Source: an uncultured Candidatus Saccharibacteria bacterium
Lineage (GTDB): Bacteria; Patescibacteriota; Minisyncoccia; Phycocordibacterales; Phycocordibacteraceae
NCBI GenBank assembly: GCA_964371445.1
Contig: CAYJLK010000006.1
Span: forward strand, 1-44,579
DNA length: 44,579 nucleotides
Direction of reading: 5' to 3'
Part shown: positions 1-7,725 of the stretch, in pieces
How the letters are laid out: each line of letters begins with the position of its first letter
How positions within the stretch are numbered: position 1 is the stretch's first letter
Notes under the pieces: model-generated
Told to the model about the DNA's origin: nothing
Database searches by the model: none
Seen by the model: only the letters and a program-made list of their open reading frames with translations
Made by a program: the position numbers and the translations under genes

Positions 1-588
1 CTGACGCATGCCGGTGGGTAGAGCCATGAGAAGCATATCGTGGACCAGTCCATGAGCATTCGATAGCAGCCGCTGACACTCCTTCTCTGACAAGAATTTT
101 GTCTCCGCCGGGGGACATTTCAGCCAAACGATCTTTGGTGGTGCTCCGTCTAGCTCAAGCCAGTCGTACGCCGTCACGAGGCACTTTCTTAACATCGTCA
201 GATAGTTGTTGATCGTTTTGTGCTTGATACCCCTCGCTTGCTCGTGCGTCTTATATCGCTCGATGTCGCGGGCGGTGATTTCGGCAACAACTGTCCTGCC
301 GAAGAACGGTACGAGCGAACCTTTCAGCCCCCACTTCTTATTCCGCTGCTCCGATGGCTTATTGTTCACTAAGGCGTACTCGTTATACCAACGCCAGCCA
401 AATTGTTCGAACGTTTCATTGCGAGCCGATACTTGTTCAATGGGTTCACCTCGCATCAGCCGGTGTCGTAGCGTAGCTTCATAAGCACGTGCTCCCGCCT
501 GTGTGTTCTCTGGGCTGCGTTTTCGATATCTGAGGTGATTGAACCTAAAGTCCACCCACCACGTTGTTCTTAATTGTCGTGCGCTCAT
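1..588 (-). CDS. Tyrosine recombinase / phage-type integrase, N-terminal 196 codons (C-terminus lies beyond the left edge of the window)
   Basis: Absent from the ORF track because it runs off the window. My translation of the reverse strand from the ATG (complement of 586-588) reads MSARQLRTTWWVDFRFNHLRYRKRSPENTQAGARAYEATLRHRL...ITARDIERYKTHEQARGIKHKTINNYLTMLRKCLVTAYDWLELD...FLSEKECQRLLSNAHGLVHDMLLMALPTGMRQ. This is a SAM-like core-binding domain followed by the box-I TGMR arginine region. Confidence 0.85.
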   Translation of the reverse strand, partial: MSARQLRTTWWVDFRFNHLRYRKRSPENTQAGARAYEATLRHRLMRGEPIEQVSARNETFEQFGWRWYNEYALVNNKPSEQRNKKWGLKGSLVPFFGRTVVAEITARDIERYKTHEQARGIKHKTINNYLTMLRKCLVTAYDWLELDGAPPKIVWLKCPPAETKFLSEKECQRLLSNAHGLVHDMLLMALPTGMRQ

Positions 589-595
589 ATTTTAT

Positions 596-796
596 TTAGC
601 CGATGGATTCCACCCGCACTCGTTGCAGATACGACATTAGATCGCTTTTGGAAAAACGAATGCTACCTCCGATCTTGATGAACGGAATACTCCGTTGCTG
701 TAGCAGACGTCGCACTCCGGACACAGAGATTCTAAAGAGCCTCGCCACTTCGGCGATGGTCAATATCTCGGGTGTCGGACTGGAATCAACCGACAT
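596..796 (-). CDS. Excisionase-family helix-turn-helix DNA-binding protein
   Basis: 66-aa ORF. LTIAEVARLFRISVSGVRRLLQQRSIPFIKIGGSIRFSKSDLMSYL matches the MerR-like excisionase HTH pattern. It sits immediately upstream of the integrase on the same strand. Confidence 0.8.
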   Translation of the reverse strand: MSVDSSPTPEILTIAEVARLFRISVSGVRRLLQQRSIPFIKIGGSIRFSKSDLMSYLQRVRVESIG

Positions 797-915
797 GTTA
801 TTCAGTTGTCAGGGAGCAGTACAAGCCCGGCAAAGCCGTCGAGCTTTGTAACTGTACCACCAGTCCTCGACCCCCAATTGGACAGGCTGGATATTCGCAT
901 AAACGCGCTCGGGTG

Positions 916-1227
916 CTAGGCGGCATGATCACTCTTGCGGGCCTCTATCCCGCGCTTAGTTTGCTGACTCCTGACTTCGCGCTCGAAGCACTTCATTTCT
1001 TCCTCAAACTGTTCGAATTGTTGTGCCAACCGATTCCACTCTTTGCGGGTAGGCATGAGTCTTTTCCTCTCTTCGTAACTTCGCTCTCTCTCAATCATTT
1101 CGCGTTGCTGTATCTCATTCATCCTCTTCCCATACTGTGCCAGCACTTTGGTGAACATGCTTTCTTCCTTCTGCCCCGAACCTAACTTCTTCTGCTTCTT
1201 CATATACTTTGGCGGCATTACCCGCAA
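916..1227 (-). CDS. Hypothetical charged/coiled-coil protein
   Basis: 103-aa ORF rich in E/K/R/Q, same strand as the int/xis/rep module. No recognisable motif. Confidence 0.4.
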   Translation of the reverse strand: MRVMPPKYMKKQKKLGSGQKEESMFTKVLAQYGKRMNEIQQREMIERERSYEERKRLMPTRKEWNRLAQQFEQFEEEMKCFEREVRSQQTKRGIEARKSDHAA

Positions 1228-1323
1228 CTAAGGGAATAATACCCTCGTCCTTCTTGTGCTCATTGGTATGAGTCGTTGTAAAAAGAAAAAACGACGGCTA
1301 GGTTCGTCGGTTTACAAAACTGT

Positions 1324-1430
1324 ATTACAAATTAAGTGCTACGAGCTGAATGAAAGACAGGAAATTACAATGAATGACAAGAAGATTACAAGAATGAATG
1401 GCAAAAGATTACAAGAATGAAGAAATTACC
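1324..1430. repeat. Iteron-like array of ATTACAA-containing direct repeats
   Basis: GATTACAAGAATGAA occurs exactly twice (1384-1398 and 1407-1421, 23-nt period). Related copies are at 1324-1330 (ATTACAA), 1364-1377 (ATTACAATGAATGA) and 1424-1430 (AATTACC). The array lies in the intergenic gap just downstream of the P-loop replication-type gene. Confidence 0.55.
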
Positions 1431-1469
1431 GCGAACCTGTCGGCATACTATTCTCTCAATCCAAGTTTG

Positions 1470-2927
1470 TCAAGGAATTTGTATCTTGCTGATAGTTACA
1501 ACGCGGTCACTGTGAGACACGATCTGTATACCGGTCTCCTCAAGTGCGGTCTTCAGCCGGTTAATCTCTCTCATCAGCGCCGAAGGATTCTCCGGCAGCT
1601 GTTTATCCACAATCATTTCGTTCAATGCCAAATCCTTGAGTCGTTTAAGGAGCATCGTGGCTGTTCCTTCCCACGTATCACCCTCTATCTCGAGAAAGGC
1701 TACGATAAGCACGGCTACGACGTTGTCTCGCACCACCTCTGCACTCTGTGAGTTGATGTTGCGTGAGTAAGCCTGTAGGAATGCCTTCATGCCATACCCG
1801 AGCGACTCGGCTATTGAACAACCCCACAACGCAAAGTCGGCCATCCTCGGAAGTTCGTCCACCTTGATATGAGGTCGTAGCGTCATAGCTTGCGACACTG
1901 TATCGAAGATTGAGCCGAGAATCTTTGGACGCGCCGCTTCGAATTCAGCCATAAGATCGTATTCCTGCTTGTGGTGGCCTTTGGCAATTCGTTCAAGTTC
2001 GATAAGCAAACTCCGTTCAAGAAGGTCTGCACGGTTGCTGGCTATGTTGATGCCGTTTATACACACGTTCGCCATTACATAACGAATCACGTCTGAGTCG
2101 TCAGAGTAAAGTTCGCGCTTGCTGAATCCGCTGCCAGTTATCGCGCGACAAAGAAGGTCGGCGACCGAGTCGGGGATATCAGACACATTATCGAAAGCTA
2201 AATACGAGTGATGACTGAGCTGCTGAGCCAGTTCGCTCTCATGACGCGTTAAGCTCACAACTTCAATCTTGGATGGGTCAATAAGTCGGCGCGTAACTCG
2301 CGAGAGCGACGATTTGGCGCTACCTTGCGGACCGTAAATATAACAAGCGGGATGGGGCCATCCCGGAATGAACGATGCAATCAGGTGTACTAAGAAAAGC
2401 ATCTGCTGATCGGAGTCTGTGATGTTCACGAATCGCAGCACATCCTTCACGTCCCCTCCACTTACCGGTGGGACTTGGGGAGCGAGATGCGAGAAGCGAT
2501 GGAAGAGCAGAGGGACTTTGGTCTCAACGCTCCACCCGTCTTCTGTTATCTTCACGGCTCTCCATTTCGAATCCGCGAGGTCGTACCATATTGCATCAGG
2601 CGTTTGGGCGACTCGATTAAAGAGTCGATGCTCCTCGCGTTCGTTGATTGCCATCCCCTCGAGCAGACCGATTGCGTCTTTCATAGCCTCTCGTCCCGGC
2701 ACTGTCTTCCCGTTGGTCCATTTGTAATAAGCGTTGGCAAGCCAGCGCGTGAAGGCACCGCTCCGGCACGGCCATATCTCCAAGTGATCTTCGATGGGAA
2801 TCTGTACGTGAGCGGCACCGTATTCATCTTTGAATAGAACGATGTCACGATTCCCCAGTACCATTCTGACGAGGAGGGTGGCCTGCGACGGACCCTTCGG
2901 CTTATTGTCGGAAGCCATGATCTGCAT
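1470..2927 (-). CDS. P-loop NTPase, probable replication (primase/helicase-associated, SF3-like) protein of the element
   Basis: 485-aa ORF with a Walker A-like YGPQGSAKSS and a Walker B-like YLAFDNVSD. Its position next to int/xis and the iteron-like repeats fits a replication role. The exact family cannot be assigned by eye. Confidence 0.65.
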   Translation of the reverse strand: MQIMASDNKPKGPSQATLLVRMVLGNRDIVLFKDEYGAAHVQIPIEDHLEIWPCRSGAFTRWLANAYYKWTNGKTVPGREAMKDAIGLLEGMAINEREEHRLFNRVAQTPDAIWYDLADSKWRAVKITEDGWSVETKVPLLFHRFSHLAPQVPPVSGGDVKDVLRFVNITDSDQQMLFLVHLIASFIPGWPHPACYIYGPQGSAKSSLSRVTRRLIDPSKIEVVSLTRHESELAQQLSHHSYLAFDNVSDIPDSVADLLCRAITGSGFSKRELYSDDSDVIRYVMANVCINGINIASNRADLLERSLLIELERIAKGHHKQEYDLMAEFEAARPKILGSIFDTVSQAMTLRPHIKVDELPRMADFALWGCSIAESLGYGMKAFLQAYSRNINSQSAEVVRDNVVAVLIVAFLEIEGDTWEGTATMLLKRLKDLALNEMIVDKQLPENPSALMREINRLKTALEETGIQIVSHSDRVVTISKIQIP

Positions 2928-3426
2928 CGTTTATCGCGCTATCCACGCCATTTGTGGGCGCTTCCGGGGTGTTCTTGTGTATATGCATTTTCTTATCAGA
3001 AGTGTCCACAAATGGCGCAAGTCGCGCGAACACACCCGACTCCATTTCAGCCAATACTGGCTTCGGCAGTCCCTGATCCGCGAATACAGTGTGGCTTGCA
3101 AAGATTTCCCATAACTTGGATCTCTCGTAATACGGAGTGCCGTCACCGGTCAGGTTCCATTCTTGGAATGCGCTCCATGCACGCGCTACGTTAGCTTTGT
3201 TCTCGAACGAAGCGTCCGACAAATACCATATGAACTTATTCGCATTTGTCTTGCGAACAGCCCTTTCGTATTCCAAGTATTCTGCCTCGGCTTCTTCAAC
3301 CGAATCCGGCACGGGCCCCAGAGACATATAGTCGTTGCGTGGGGTAACGCGTGGAGGTCGTTTATTTTCATTTGTATTTGAAGTGCCGTTAGAGGCGATA
3401 AGATCTTTCATGATCGTTGAATGCAA
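2902..3426 (-). CDS. Hypothetical protein, first gene of the minus-strand rep module
   Basis: 174-aa ORF with protein-like composition. It overlaps the start of the downstream P-loop gene by 26 nt. No motif recognised. Confidence 0.5.
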   Translation of the reverse strand: MHSTIMKDLIASNGTSNTNENKRPPRVTPRNDYMSLGPVPDSVEEAEAEYLEYERAVRKTNANKFIWYLSDASFENKANVARAWSAFQEWNLTGDGTPYYERSKLWEIFASHTVFADQGLPKPVLAEMESGVFARLAPFVDTSDKKMHIHKNTPEAPTNGVDSAINDADHGFRQ

Positions 3427-3641
3427 TTAATAAAGCCCGAAGAGGGATAGTGGCGGCGTTTTCGTATGACGTACGAGACTGTCCGCTACCCCTCCTTGGG
3501 CTCTAGCAATGCTATTGAGCGCCGATTCAGGCTCATACGTCATGCAAGTAGTGTGCCAGAGTCCACATATTGGCTTTGATTGTGTCAAGGTGAGCCGGAT
3601 GTAGGGTCCACGTCAAAGCAGCGTTGTAATACGTCCGGATA

Positions 3642-3700
3642 TATGCCGATTTAGCGCACGTATGTAAAAGATCTTTATGCCATTTAGCGAGCGTATGTGA
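3642..3700. repeat. Two ~25-nt imperfect direct repeats (candidate operator/iteron pair)
   Basis: TATGCCGATTTAGCGCACGTATGTAA (3642-3667) and TATGCC-ATTTAGCGAGCGTATGTGA (3676-3700) have starts 34 nt apart. They lie in the ~0.5-kb divergent intergenic region between the rep module and the plus-strand genes. Confidence 0.45.
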
Positions 3701-3944
3701 GGTCGATCAGATCCAGTTCGACATGATAGTATTTATATACGTGCTGTTAGAGAGGCCTAAACCTCGCGACTTATGGGTCGTGGGGCATGGCCGAAAACCA
3801 GTCAAGAGTAAAGACCCCCATCATAGGGATTGCCTTGACTGGTCCTGCTGAGAAATCGGCAGTGGATGGCCCTAAAAAGCTGTCACCCTGTGGTGGGGAT
3901 CTTTGCTACCTCCATCCAGGATTATTGGCCTCAGCTCAATATCC

Positions 3945-4193
3945 ATGGAACCGCACACGATAAACACAAGACATGAAAAAAGTGAATGGGCGTCAACAAG
4001 TAGTCTCTGGACAGGTATAGCTTCTATCTTTCTATGGGGTTTCAGTATCGTTCCTATCCTAGCCATCATCTTCGGGATAACCGGGATTGTCCGCAAGGAG
4101 GACAGTTGGAAAGCCACTGTCGGTATTTTGTTGGGGATAGTCTTTCTAATCGTTCGGGTCTACGCCGGAACGAATCCGTTCATGTCAATTTGA
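3945..4193 (+). CDS. Small integral membrane protein (DUF4190-like appearance)
   Basis: The ORF track has 3903-4193; I prefer the internal ATG at 3945 (MEPHTINT...). There are two hydrophobic helices: GIASIFLWGFSIVPILAIIFGITGIV and ATVGILLGIVFLIVRVYAG. Confidence 0.5.
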   Translation: MEPHTINTRHEKSEWASTSSLWTGIASIFLWGFSIVPILAIIFGITGIVRKEDSWKATVGILLGIVFLIVRVYAGTNPFMSI

Positions 4194-4211
4194 ATCAGAT
4201 ATGGAAAGAAC

Positions 4212-4337
4212 ATGACATGCACACAGCATCAGTGGGTCTTTGATAAGAGCGATGATGCGGGACATATGTACTGGCATTGTAAGAACTGTGGAGAAACGAA
4301 AGTGACCACCCCAAAATATGAACCCCCAAAAGATTAA
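4212..4337 (+). CDS. Possible 41-aa zinc-ribbon-like micro-protein
   Basis: My translation is MTCTQHQWVFDKSDDAGHMYWHCKNCGETKVTTPKYEPPKD, with a CxxH...HCxxC ligand pattern. It overlaps the next ORF's start by 20 nt. It is below the ORF-track length cutoff. Confidence 0.3.
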   Translation: MTCTQHQWVFDKSDDAGHMYWHCKNCGETKVTTPKYEPPKD

Positions 4338-4683
4338 ACAGGCATCAGTGTGGGTTGGCACCGTCCTTGCATGGTCGGCTCTTGGGTTGTTCGTCATACT
4401 CATCGGCATAGCTTTATTCGCACGGCATGAAGAGCCCTCACCGCAATTAACGGCGTCGGCTGGTAGTGCGGCTTCGTCAACAACTGAAGCTACATTGATT
4501 GAGCTTGAGAAATCGTTTAAATGCCCGAATGATTACGCATCACCTGAAGAATATCTGAATGCGGCGGCTAAATTTGTTCACGACTTCAATCAAATCATCC
4601 CCAATTCAGCCAGTGCAGATTTGCTTGAGTATCGGCAACAACTTCTTGAATCGCATCAGTGCGAGCCCTCAAAATGGCTGTAG
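4318..4683 (+). CDS. Membrane-anchored hypothetical protein
   Basis: 121-aa ORF with one N-terminal TM helix (VWVGTVLAWSALGLFVILIGIALF) followed by a soluble tail. Confidence 0.5.
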   Translation: MNPQKIKQASVWVGTVLAWSALGLFVILIGIALFARHEEPSPQLTASAGSAASSTTEATLIELEKSFKCPNDYASPEEYLNAAAKFVHDFNQIIPNSASADLLEYRQQLLESHQCEPSKWL

Positions 4684-4742
4684 TAATAGGCATAGTTTCC
4701 GGGGCCAAAAGACCAATGAAAATGTAGACAAATCGTGCTAAA

Positions 4743-7718
4743 GTGCGCTTAATTAATATGAAAGCTTCGCCTATATTAAATTCTCCTTACTTTGAGCCCC
4801 TACAGCACTTTGGCTCCGATGATCGCGGTCTTACGGATGAAATAATTAGTTCCCGACGTCCAAGCTCGTCATACGTACCGGTTCCCCGTCAAAAGACGAA
4901 ACAACTACAGCTCGCATTTAATACTGCGGAGGGTGCATTCGGAAAAGAATTACAGCGAGAGAACGACTTCGTCAACAAGATCAGAGCCAAAGTCAGCGAA
5001 TGGCGTTCGCAGGGTTATTCGGGAGTGACAAAGACTACACGAGATTTGCTTACGTACTGGAAAGATGAAACACGGGAGAATAAATTGTTCTTCTGTCAGA
5101 TCGAGGCGATGGAAACACTTATTTACATAAATGAGGTGGCCGAAAAAGCAGGGGAGCATTGGATATTGAATGAACTGAAGACAGCGAATAAGGAGGCGAA
5201 CCCGGAGCTATTTCGTATTGCACTCAAGATGGCCACAGGGTCAGGAAAAACTGTCGTTATGGCGATGCTCATTGCTTACAATACGCTCAACAAGATCCGC
5301 TATCCACAAGACACCCGATTCACTGATGCGTTTGTCATTGTTGCCCCAGGTATCACTATTCGGGACCGATTGAATGTACTGCAGCCGAATAATCCAAACA
5401 ACTACTATAAAGCCAGGGGTATCGTTTCGTATCAAGATTTCGAGCTATTGCAACAGGCCGTTATTGTCATTATCAATTATCACCAGCTTGAGTTGCGTAC
5501 GAATCAGCGCTTTCAAATGGGTGCCGTGATGAAAGCTGCCGGTCTTATCGATGAGCAGGCCGTCAAAGAGAGTCCGAACGCTATGGTAAATCGAGTATTC
5601 AAGGCGGTGGCAGGTAAAGCACGTGTCCTCGTCATAAATGATGAAGCCCATCACTGCTATCGAGAGAAACCGACCGAGGAAAAGTTAGCGGGAGAGGAGA
5701 GAAAGGAAGCAGATGAGAATAACGAAGCGGCGAGAGTGTGGATTAGTGGTCTCGAGACCTTGTCGAAGAAGATGAATGTCAATGCAGTTATTGATTTGTC
5801 TGCCACGCCGTACTTTCTCCGTGGTTCAGGATACGATGAAGGCAAGCTTTTCCCGTGGGTAGCATCCGACTTCTCGCTTCTGGACGCACTTGAATCTGGA
5901 GTTGTGAAGATCCCCAGACTGCCGGTCACAGCCGATAACATCACCACGGGAGATGAACCGGAATTTCGTAATCTATGGTTGCACATCAGCGATAAACTTC
6001 CTAAAAAAGGAAAGAAGACCGGCGACTATAATCTCGACACTGTCCATTTACCGAATGAACTCCACGAAGCACTCGAATCACTCTATGGTAGTTACGAAGT
6101 CAATTATCGTTTGTACGAGAAGTACCGAGAGAAGGATCCAGCGGTGATGCCGCCGGTAATGATTGTTGTCTGTAATAACACGACGGTCTCTGAATTGGTA
6201 TACCGGTGGATCGCAGGATTTGAACGGGAGACGGCAAGTGGCGCACTTAAGATAGAGAAAGGTAAACTTGAGATTTTCCGCAATGAGGACGGCGTTAGGG
6301 TTCTCGATAAACCAAACACACTTCTCATCGACAGTGCGCAACTAGAGAGCGGAAAGAGTATTGATGACGAATTTAAGCGTATTTTCGCCAGAGAGATCGA
6401 GGATTTCAGAAAAGAATACCGCCGCCGGTTCCAGGGTCGTGATGAACCAACGGATGAAGATCTTTTGCGGGAAGTCATGAACACTGTCGGCAAGCCGGGC
6501 AAGCTTGGTGAAAATATTAAATGCGTCGTCTCGGTATCGATGCTTACCGAAGGATGGGATGTAAACACCGTGACGCATATTCTTGGCATCCGTGCTTTCT
6601 CTACCCAGCTTCTATGTGAACAAGTAGTTGGACGAGCATTGCGCCGTGTTGATTACGCCGTAAATGAGGACGGCCTTCTGAGTCCAGAGTATGCAGAGGT
6701 ATACGGTGTTCCATTCAGCTTCTTGCGCCCTCCTGAGGGTCCTACTCCGCCACAGCCTCCGAAAGTTATCCATAGAGTCCACTCAATTGAAGGAAGAGAA
6801 AAATATGAAATTACCTACCCTCGTGTGGACGGATATCGTTATGAAATTGATGAGGAAAGACTCGCCGCTAAATTCACGGATGAATCTAAGACCATTATCG
6901 AGAACGAACCTACAGAGGTCGTTATGGAGGGTCCTATCGGTGAAGAAGTAAGGGAGGGTCTCGAAAAAATTAAGGAACGCCGTGAGGGTGAAGTGATTAT
7001 GAGACTTACGCAGGGACTTCTGCGTCGCTATTTTATTGATGCAGATGGTAATGAAAGGTATTGGCTCGGCCCGCAGTTGATGCATATCGCTGAAGAATAC
7101 GTTAATAAGCATGTCGTATTGAAAGATCGGATGGTGATCGGGTATCTAACTGTTGGTGAGTATTTCTCTGGTGCGCTCACGAAGATACATCAAGCAATCG
7201 TCACAGAAAACCTAGCCGGTGGAAAAGAAAAGAAGGTTCTACCTATTCTCACTCCATACGACACCATCGGGTCTACACGCTATGTCGATTTCATCACAGC
7301 CAAAGAGGTGCAAGAGACAGTTAAGAGCCATATTAATTATGTTGTCGCCGACACTGAACAGTGGGAGCAGGGCGTAGCGAAGAGACTAGAGCAAATGCCG
7401 GAAGTGATTGCGTATGTGAAGAACCAGAATCTCGGCTTCACGATTCCGTATGAACATCAGGGAATCACTCACCAATACACACCAGACTTTGTTGCGAAAA
7501 TAGAAATGCCGGACAAGCAGATACTAAATCTGCTGATAGAAGTAACCGGAAAGAAGGACGACAAGAAGATGCTTAAAATTAAGACTACTCGTGAGCTATG
7601 GGTACCGGCAATAAACAATGCCGAGAGATTCGGCCGATGGGACATACTCGAGATACAGGACATCCATGAGACGCAGAATCTTATCCGTGCGGCTATGGCC
7701 GGAGTAAGGGTACAATAG
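4743..7718 (+). CDS. res: Type III-like restriction endonuclease, Res (helicase-nuclease) subunit
   Basis: SF2 helicase motif I is MATGSGKTVV, motif II is VINDEAHHCY and motif VI is QVVGRALRR. The C-terminal PD-(D/E)xK-like element is TPDFVAKIE...LLIEVTGKK. The N-terminus (NSPYFEP..HF) is typical of this endonuclease family. The real start is probably the ATG at 4758 (MKASPIL...) rather than the GTG at 4743. Confidence 0.9.
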   Translation: MRLINMKASPILNSPYFEPLQHFGSDDRGLTDEIISSRRPSSSYVPVPRQKTKQLQLAFNTAEGAFGKELQRENDFVNKIRAKVSEWRSQGYSGVTKTTRDLLTYWKDETRENKLFFCQIEAMETLIYINEVAEKAGEHWILNELKTANKEANPELFRIALKMATGSGKTVVMAMLIAYNTLNKIRYPQDTRFTDAFVIVAPGITIRDRLNVLQPNNPNNYYKARGIVSYQDFELLQQAVIVIINYHQLELRTNQRFQMGAVMKAAGLIDEQAVKESPNAMVNRVFKAVAGKARVLVINDEAHHCYREKPTEEKLAGEERKEADENNEAARVWISGLETLSKKMNVNAVIDLSATPYFLRGSGYDEGKLFPWVASDFSLLDALESGVVKIPRLPVTADNITTGDEPEFRNLWLHISDKLPKKGKKTGDYNLDTVHLPNELHEALESLYGSYEVNYRLYEKYREKDPAVMPPVMIVVCNNTTVSELVYRWIAGFERETASGALKIEKGKLEIFRNEDGVRVLDKPNTLLIDSAQLESGKSIDDEFKRIFAREIEDFRKEYRRRFQGRDEPTDEDLLREVMNTVGKPGKLGENIKCVVSVSMLTEGWDVNTVTHILGIRAFSTQLLCEQVVGRALRRVDYAVNEDGLLSPEYAEVYGVPFSFLRPPEGPTPPQPPKVIHRVHSIEGREKYEITYPRVDGYRYEIDEERLAAKFTDESKTIIENEPTEVVMEGPIGEEVREGLEKIKERREGEVIMRLTQGLLRRYFIDADGNERYWLGPQLMHIAEEYVNKHVVLKDRMVIGYLTVGEYFSGALTKIHQAIVTENLAGGKEKKVLPILTPYDTIGSTRYVDFITAKEVQETVKSHINYVVADTEQWEQGVAKRLEQMPEVIAYVKNQNLGFTIPYEHQGITHQYTPDFVAKIEMPDKQILNLLIEVTGKKDDKKMLKIKTTRELWVPAINNAERFGRWDILEIQDIHETQNLIRAAMAGVRVQ

Positions 7719-7725
7719 GAAACAT

